Below, piece after piece: positions 7,150-10,936 of a stretch of DNA of 10,936 bases (the stretch's first letter is position 1; every line of letters begins with the position of its first letter). This stretch comes from an uncultured archaeon (lineage in GTDB: Archaea > Asgardarchaeota > Jordiarchaeia > Jordiarchaeales > Jordiarchaeaceae), in contig CAZECW010000005.1 of the NCBI GenBank assembly GCA_964510585.1, positions 1 to 10,936 on the forward strand. The letters are read 5' to 3'. The notes beneath the pieces were generated by a model. The model was not told the DNA's origin. It searched no databases and saw nothing but the letters and a program-made list of their open reading frames with translations. Both the position numbers and the translations under genes were made by a program.

Positions 7150-8997
7150 TCATTTGAGTGTTATTTTTTGGTTCCATTCCTGTTTTTCAAGTTCGGGTTC
7201 AAAGCTGGCTACAATTAGTTGGCGAACACCTGTGGATTCCAAGTAGTCTTTGAGGATGCTGTATATTATTTTCCTTCTTTGTGGGTCTAGATGGTAGGCT
7301 GGCTCATCTAGGAGGATGAAGTCTGGTTCCCCGATGGTGGAGGCCATGGCGAGTCTGACTGCTAGGAAGAGTTGTAGTTTTTCCGCTCCGCTTAGCTGGT
7401 AGGCGGATAGGCTTATTTCTGGGGATGCCAGTTGGGGTACAAATTCTTCGTCCCAATTCACGGACCAGATTCCCGGCTTGAAATTGGCCATTATTCCGGC
7501 GGCTTTTTGTTTTACTTGGACTAGTTTTTCTTCCCGCAGCCGCTTAACTGTTCTTTGTAGGGCCTCCAACATTGTAGTTATGACAAATTCTTGGTGGGCT
7601 AGGCTTCTTACTTCTTTTTCCAATGTGGCGGCGGATTTGGATGAGGCTTCCACCATGGCTTCCATAAGAATTATGTCCTTTCTTATTGCTTCTTTTTCAG
7701 CTTGTTTTTGTTCAATCTGTGACTTTATTTCCCTCAGTGTGGATTTGAGCTTGTCCTGATTTTTTGGCTGTTTTGCCGGGAACTGTTTGTCGAGGTTGGA
7801 TTTTTCCTCATTTAGTCTTCTGAGTTCTTCAAAAATTATCTCCATTTCTCTTCTCTTTGCCTGCAGGTCACTGAGGCTAATTTCTAGAGTTTTCCTTTTT
7901 TCCTCTGTTTTCTCGTATTCTTTCTCAGATTCCTGTAATTCTTTCTGGAGTTTTTGGAGGGTTTCTGAAAACTCACCGCGTATCCTTTTTATGTGTTCAG
8001 GGGTTAGCGGCTGGTTGCAAAGGGGGCATCTGTCTCCAGCTGTCTCCAATTTTTGCAGCTTCTCATTGCCATCCCTAATCCCACTTTTTAGAGCTGAAAT
8101 TTTGGAAAGCATTTCCTTCTCTTTACCCCTTTGTTCCTGGATTTCCTGCTCCGTCCTTCTAATCGCAGCTTCGAGCCTTTCTTTAGGTGCCTCTTCCCCC
8201 TTCAAACCAATAACAAGTTGGTCTAACCTATTTTTACTCCCCATCACTCTCTGTTCAATATCAGTAATTCTCTCTAGGATACTTGAAGCTTCCTGAACAG
8301 TGTTCTGCTGGGCTAATAATTCTTCAATTTTAGAGGTAACATTGCTTAATTTGTTTTCCAGGTCTTCCCTGCTTTTTTCCAAGTCCCGTTTTTCGGGAGA
8401 AGGCATCTTGGTTTCCTTAAGTTCCCTCCTTAAGCTTTTTAGTTCGCGGCTTTTTTCTTTAGAGAGACTGTTCACCGATTCTATGAGTGTTATGATTTTG
8501 TCCATTTGGAGCATTTGATCTATCTCGGATAGGACTTTACCGCTGGGACTCTGGAGAAATTCGTAGATGTCCCCCTCCTTCATATAAATGGTTCTCAAGA
8601 AGTATTGGGTTCCAAAACCTAAAATTTCACTTAGCCTTTTATTTACCTCCTCTGGTCCAGATGCTATCTCAGTGGGCTGCTCTCCATTCTTGGAGGAGTA
8701 AAGGTAGGCTCTCTCACTCACCTTTTTTTCTCCGGATATGTAGCGGCGTACAAGATACTCACAGCCATCCTTGGATACGAAGCTCAGTTCAATGCAGGCT
8801 TCGCCTGACTTAAACCTTCTAAAATTTAGTAGACTTTGCTTCTCGGATGGCTCTCCGTTGAGAGCGTAAAAGATGGCTTGCAAAATGCTGGTTTTACCTG
8901 AAGCGTTTGGGCCGTAAATGAGGTTTAAGCCTTCTTTAAACTCGAACACCCTCTCTTCATAGTTTTTCCAGTTCTGCAGGCGAACACTAGAAATCAT
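7150..8997 (-). CDS. Rad50/SbcC-like SMC-family ABC ATPase with Zn hook (about 615 aa; start ATG 8997 preferred to the track's 9012)
   Basis: N-terminal ISSVRLQNWKNY, Walker A GPNASGKT, coiled coils flanking a central CPLC hook (8017-8028), signature LSGAEK, Walker B FILLDEP and D-loop HLD. SD GAGGGGGG lies upstream of ATG 8997. Confidence 0.92.
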   Translation of the reverse strand: MISSVRLQNWKNYEERVFEFKEGLNLIYGPNASGKTSILQAIFYALNGEPSEKQSLLNFRRFKSGEACIELSFVSKDGCEYLVRRYISGEKKVSERAYLYSSKNGEQPTEIASGPEEVNKRLSEILGFGTQYFLRTIYMKEGDIYEFLQSPSGKVLSEIDQMLQMDKIITLIESVNSLSKEKSRELKSLRRELKETKMPSPEKRDLEKSREDLENKLSNVTSKIEELLAQQNTVQEASSILERITDIEQRVMGSKNRLDQLVIGLKGEEAPKERLEAAIRRTEQEIQEQRGKEKEMLSKISALKSGIRDGNEKLQKLETAGDRCPLCNQPLTPEHIKRIRGEFSETLQKLQKELQESEKEYEKTEEKRKTLEISLSDLQAKRREMEIIFEELRRLNEEKSNLDKQFPAKQPKNQDKLKSTLREIKSQIEQKQAEKEAIRKDIILMEAMVEASSKSAATLEKEVRSLAHQEFVITTMLEALQRTVKRLREEKLVQVKQKAAGIMANFKPGIWSVNWDEEFVPQLASPEISLSAYQLSGAEKLQLFLAVRLAMASTIGEPDFILLDEPAYHLDPQRRKIIYSILKDYLESTGVRQLIVASFEPELEKQEWNQKITLK

Positions 8998-9217
8998 CGG
9001 AACCCCCCTCAAATAGGCAATTTAACTCAGCCTCAACTTCAATGTTGGAGGATGAAAGATAATTCTTAACGAAATCTATAATTTTACACAGTTCTTCTTG
9101 GGAAAGACTATGTTCCTCTTGGAATTCGGATTTTTTGCCTCTCTTTGCCTGTTTCTCTGCAAGGATTGCTTTGAGTTCTTCCTCAAATATTGCTACAACT
9201 ACATGGATGGCGGACAT
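8987..9217 (-). CDS. Small acidic helical protein (76 aa), first gene of the SMC-PIN operon (the track starts it at GTG 9226)
   Basis: MSAIHVVVAIFEEELKAILAEKQ...LSQEELCKIIDFVKNYL... is amphipathic and helical. Its TAG (8987-8989) overlaps the SMC start by 11 nt, and AGGTG lies upstream of ATG 9217. Confidence 0.65.
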   Translation of the reverse strand: MSAIHVVVAIFEEELKAILAEKQAKRGKKSEFQEEHSLSQEELCKIIDFVKNYLSSSNIEVEAELNCLFEGGSDDF

Positions 9218-9270
9218 GTCCCCCACACCTACTTCATAATCCTAAAGAAAAATTTACTTTCAACACCACT

Positions 9271-9288
9271 GTTTATACATAATTTTCA
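9271..9288 (-). promoter_or_regulatory. Possible BRE/TATA promoter for the small ORF-SMC-PIN operon
   Basis: The minus strand reads TGAAAATTATGTATAAAC, about 55 nt upstream of ATG 9217. The match is weak and the region is AT-rich. Confidence 0.3.
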
Positions 9289-9462
9289 CAAATCAAGGTA
9301 ATAAAATTTTGGAATAAAAACAAACAACACGACCACAGCAGAACAGCACCTGAAAGAGTGGCGAATAAGGGTAAACCAGAAACACTATAAACCGAGCACG
9401 TCCAAAAATTCTTTTGATTTTCACACAATAATTCTTTTGCTATGATTAAAGCATCTAGGCTA

Positions 9463-9558
9463 GTGGTTACTCCATCTGCCTCTTCGGCTGAGCTGCTTCC
9501 GGGTGGTTCCTTAAAGCCTGTGCATCTACGTGGGGGGCATAAGGCAGTTATTCACCCT
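9463..9558. ncRNA. GC-rich structured intergenic island; candidate ncRNA or IS200/IS605 right-end (omegaRNA-like) relic
   Basis: GC content is visibly higher than in the AT-rich flanks. Complementary pairs CTGCCT(9476-81)/AGGCAG(9542-47) and GGGTG(9501-05)/CACCC(9553-57) are mutually pseudoknotted, and there is an alternative hairpin GCCTGTGC...GCATAAGGC (9516-9545). The minus strand ends GGAAGC...TCAGCCGAAGAGGCAGA...GGAGTAACCAC. Confidence 0.3.
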
Positions 9559-9653
9559 AAATATCTTAAAAAAATCAAACAAATACTTCAATTTTTTGGA
9601 CGTGCTCTCCTTAAAGGAAAGATAAATAAACAAAATTAAATAAAAAATTACTA

Positions 9654-10643
9654 GTGGTTAAAGTGATAAAAAGTTTGGAGATTAGGAATTTTAAATCAAT
9701 AAAGTTTCTGGATATAAATTGTAGGAGGATAAATATTTTTATAGGTGAGCCCAATACCGGGAAATCAAATATTTTGGAGAGCTTGGGAATTTTTTCCTAC
9801 GGGGCTTATGGGTCTTACGCGCTTAATGGTATTAGAGATTTCGTAAGGTTAGAGAGAATGAGTAACTTATTTTATGATGAAAATTTAGATGAAAAAATAG
9901 AAATTAAATGTGATGGTAAAAAATTTGAGATGGAATTTAAAAATGGTAAATTCCAAGGAGTATTCCGCGAGGGGGATAAAGAATTAGGGAAATTTGATTA
10001 CGATTATTCGGGAATGGGTTTTGTTCCTAATCTTAGTTCTGTTTCTTCGTTTAAATTTTATAGATTCACCATTTTAAAAAAATTCGAAATAAAAGATTCG
10101 GAATTTCTTTTACCACCCCTCGGAAGGAATCTATTATCAGTTCTTATGACTCACAAAGAGTTAAAATCTACTGTTAGCCAGATTTTTGAACCATTTGGTT
10201 TAAGATTAGTTTTCAAGCCTCAAGAGGAGAAAATAGAGGTATTAAAGGAACAGGAAGATGTTTTTATCGCCTATCCATACTCCTTAGCTTCTGACACGCT
10301 TCAAAGAATAATTTTTTATCTTTTAGCAGTCAATTCTAATAAAGATTCTATCCTAGTATTTGAAGAACCAGAAGCACACGCTTTTCCCTACCACACAAAG
10401 TTTCTTGCCGAAAAAATTGCCTTGGACAAAAACAATAATCAATACTTTATCTCCACACACAACCCCTATTTTCTCCTATCAATCATAGAGAAATCCTACA
10501 AAGAAGATGTAGGGATCTTCGTAACATATTTTAAAGAGTATCAAACGAAAGTCAAGCTATTAAGCGAAGAAGACATCGAAGAAATAATGAACCTAGAGAT
10601 AGACGTCTTCTTCAACGTTGAAAGATTTTTGAATAAAGAATGA
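9654..10643 (+). CDS. AAA_15/AAA_21-type ABC-superfamily ATPase (OLD/PARIS-AriA-like class); start possibly GTG 9663 (MIKSLEIRNFKS)
   Basis: IKSLEIRNFKS N-terminus, Walker A GEPNTGKS (aa 31-38), degenerate signature SLASDTLQR, Walker B LVFEEPEAH and H-loop ISTHNP. Confidence 0.9.
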   Translation: MVKVIKSLEIRNFKSIKFLDINCRRINIFIGEPNTGKSNILESLGIFSYGAYGSYALNGIRDFVRLERMSNLFYDENLDEKIEIKCDGKKFEMEFKNGKFQGVFREGDKELGKFDYDYSGMGFVPNLSSVSSFKFYRFTILKKFEIKDSEFLLPPLGRNLLSVLMTHKELKSTVSQIFEPFGLRLVFKPQEEKIEVLKEQEDVFIAYPYSLASDTLQRIIFYLLAVNSNKDSILVFEEPEAHAFPYHTKFLAEKIALDKNNNQYFISTHNPYFLLSIIEKSYKEDVGIFVTYFKEYQTKVKLLSEEDIEEIMNLEIDVFFNVERFLNKE

Positions 10644-10798
10644 TCTGTCTCCTGTGGAAGAGGAGAAAAGAAGAGCGAGCATCAGGGAGGGCTACTGCCA
10701 TTTGTCGCGTAAGTACTCTAGAATAGAGGCAGTGCTTAAAGAGTTACAGGAAGAAGAGGGACACCCTGCCAAGTATAAATCCAATAAGTCAAAATTTA

Positions 10799-10936
10799 CA
10801 AAACCTTGGCGAGAAAGCCCCCGACTTTAGTCGTGGGGATGAATCGCCAGAAAGTTTATTTGAAAGTATGGTATATAAATAGTTGTTGGTAGCTGAAGGG
10901 TTTGGCTTGGGCTTAAGAGGCTAAACAGGACGCAGC
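10799..10936 (+). mobile_element. Left end of an IS200/IS605-family element (continues beyond the window)
   Basis: TTTA|CAAAACCTTGGCGAG-AAAG-CCCC-CGAC-TTTA-GTCG-T-GGGG-ATGAATCGCCA contains an imperfect subterminal hairpin (10818-10838 with a bulged T), preceded by AAAG and enclosed by a TGGCGA/TCGCCA stem (10807-12/10844-49). This matches the ISHp608 left-end architecture as recalled (CAAAAC...AAAG-CCCC...TGGGGAT). There are no terminal inverted repeats or target duplication, as expected for the family. Confidence 0.8.
10872..10879 (+). promoter_or_regulatory. TATA box inside the IS left end
   Basis: TATATAAA with purine-rich GAAAG upstream; the predicted start is about 10898-10903, where a 9-bp hairpin begins. 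Confidence 0.45.

Noticed and set aside
5309-7246. Plus-strand ORFs 5309-5704, 5325-5522, 5769-6419, 5918-6142, 6164-6643, 6662-6889 and 7040-7246 that look like hydrophobic membrane proteins
   Set aside because: They are antisense shadows of the PIN gene. The G/T-rich + strand has few A, hence few stops and many F/L/V/C/G codons. No motifs are present.
7150-8997. Assigning the gene symbol rad50/sbcC as the housekeeping repair gene
   Set aside because: There is no adjacent mre11/sbcD, herA or nurA, the protein is short, and its Q- and H-loops are substituted. Orthology is not established.
9476-9557. HDV-like or twister ribozyme, or SRP RNA, in the GC-rich island (CCGAA before the second helix; GGAAGCAGC)
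   Set aside because: The segment that should be the short P3/L3 is about 36 nt and P1 is only 5 bp, the twister core is absent, and the SRP similarity is limited to a short word with no helix-8 structure.
7478-9639. ORFs 7478-7759, 7787-8296, 8300-8518, 9098-9301 and 9442-9639
   Set aside because: The first four are S/F/L-rich antisense shadows of the coiled-coil or small ORF genes. 9442-9639 crosses the GC-rich island and AT-rich promoter DNA and has no protein-like features or SD.
1-10936. CRISPR array, tRNA or rRNA genes, long tandem repeats
   Set aside because: No regularly spaced direct repeats, cloverleaf or rRNA-like sequence were seen on manual reading.

Overview
AT-rich, probably archaeal accessory/defence-island-like window. 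The archaeal assignment is inferred from BRE/TATA-like promoters and a Zn-hook Rad50-type ATPase. It holds three modules. (1) 551-5061: a minus-strand coupled pair made of an amino-methyltransferase (C2H2 finger + HTH + intact HPPY MTase + catalytically dead second MTase copy) and an EndoIII/HhH-GPD-fold protein. The latter keeps the Nth catalytic Lys/Asp, and its Fe-S motif appears split by a Zn-ribbon-like insert. A second HPPY MTase paralogue is transcribed divergently. This is a candidate glycosylase-based restriction/modification or DNA-modification system. (2) 5422-9217: a minus-strand three-gene operon of a small acidic helical protein, a short Rad50/SbcC-like SMC ATPase (Zn hook, non-canonical Q- and H-loops) and a PIN nuclease with long helical and beta-rich C-terminal extensions. 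No adjacent Mre11/SbcD nuclease is present, so this is a candidate Lamassu-like DNA-sensing defence system. (3) 9654-10936: an orphan AAA_15/AAA_21-type ABC ATPase with no recognisable partner, followed by an IS200/IS605-family left end that seems to lead into a promoter and a structured RNA. Also present are a partial Zn-binding ORF at the left edge, a GC-rich structured island at 9463-9558 and strong kb-scale strand-skew switches. All family calls come from motif reading; no database search was run.
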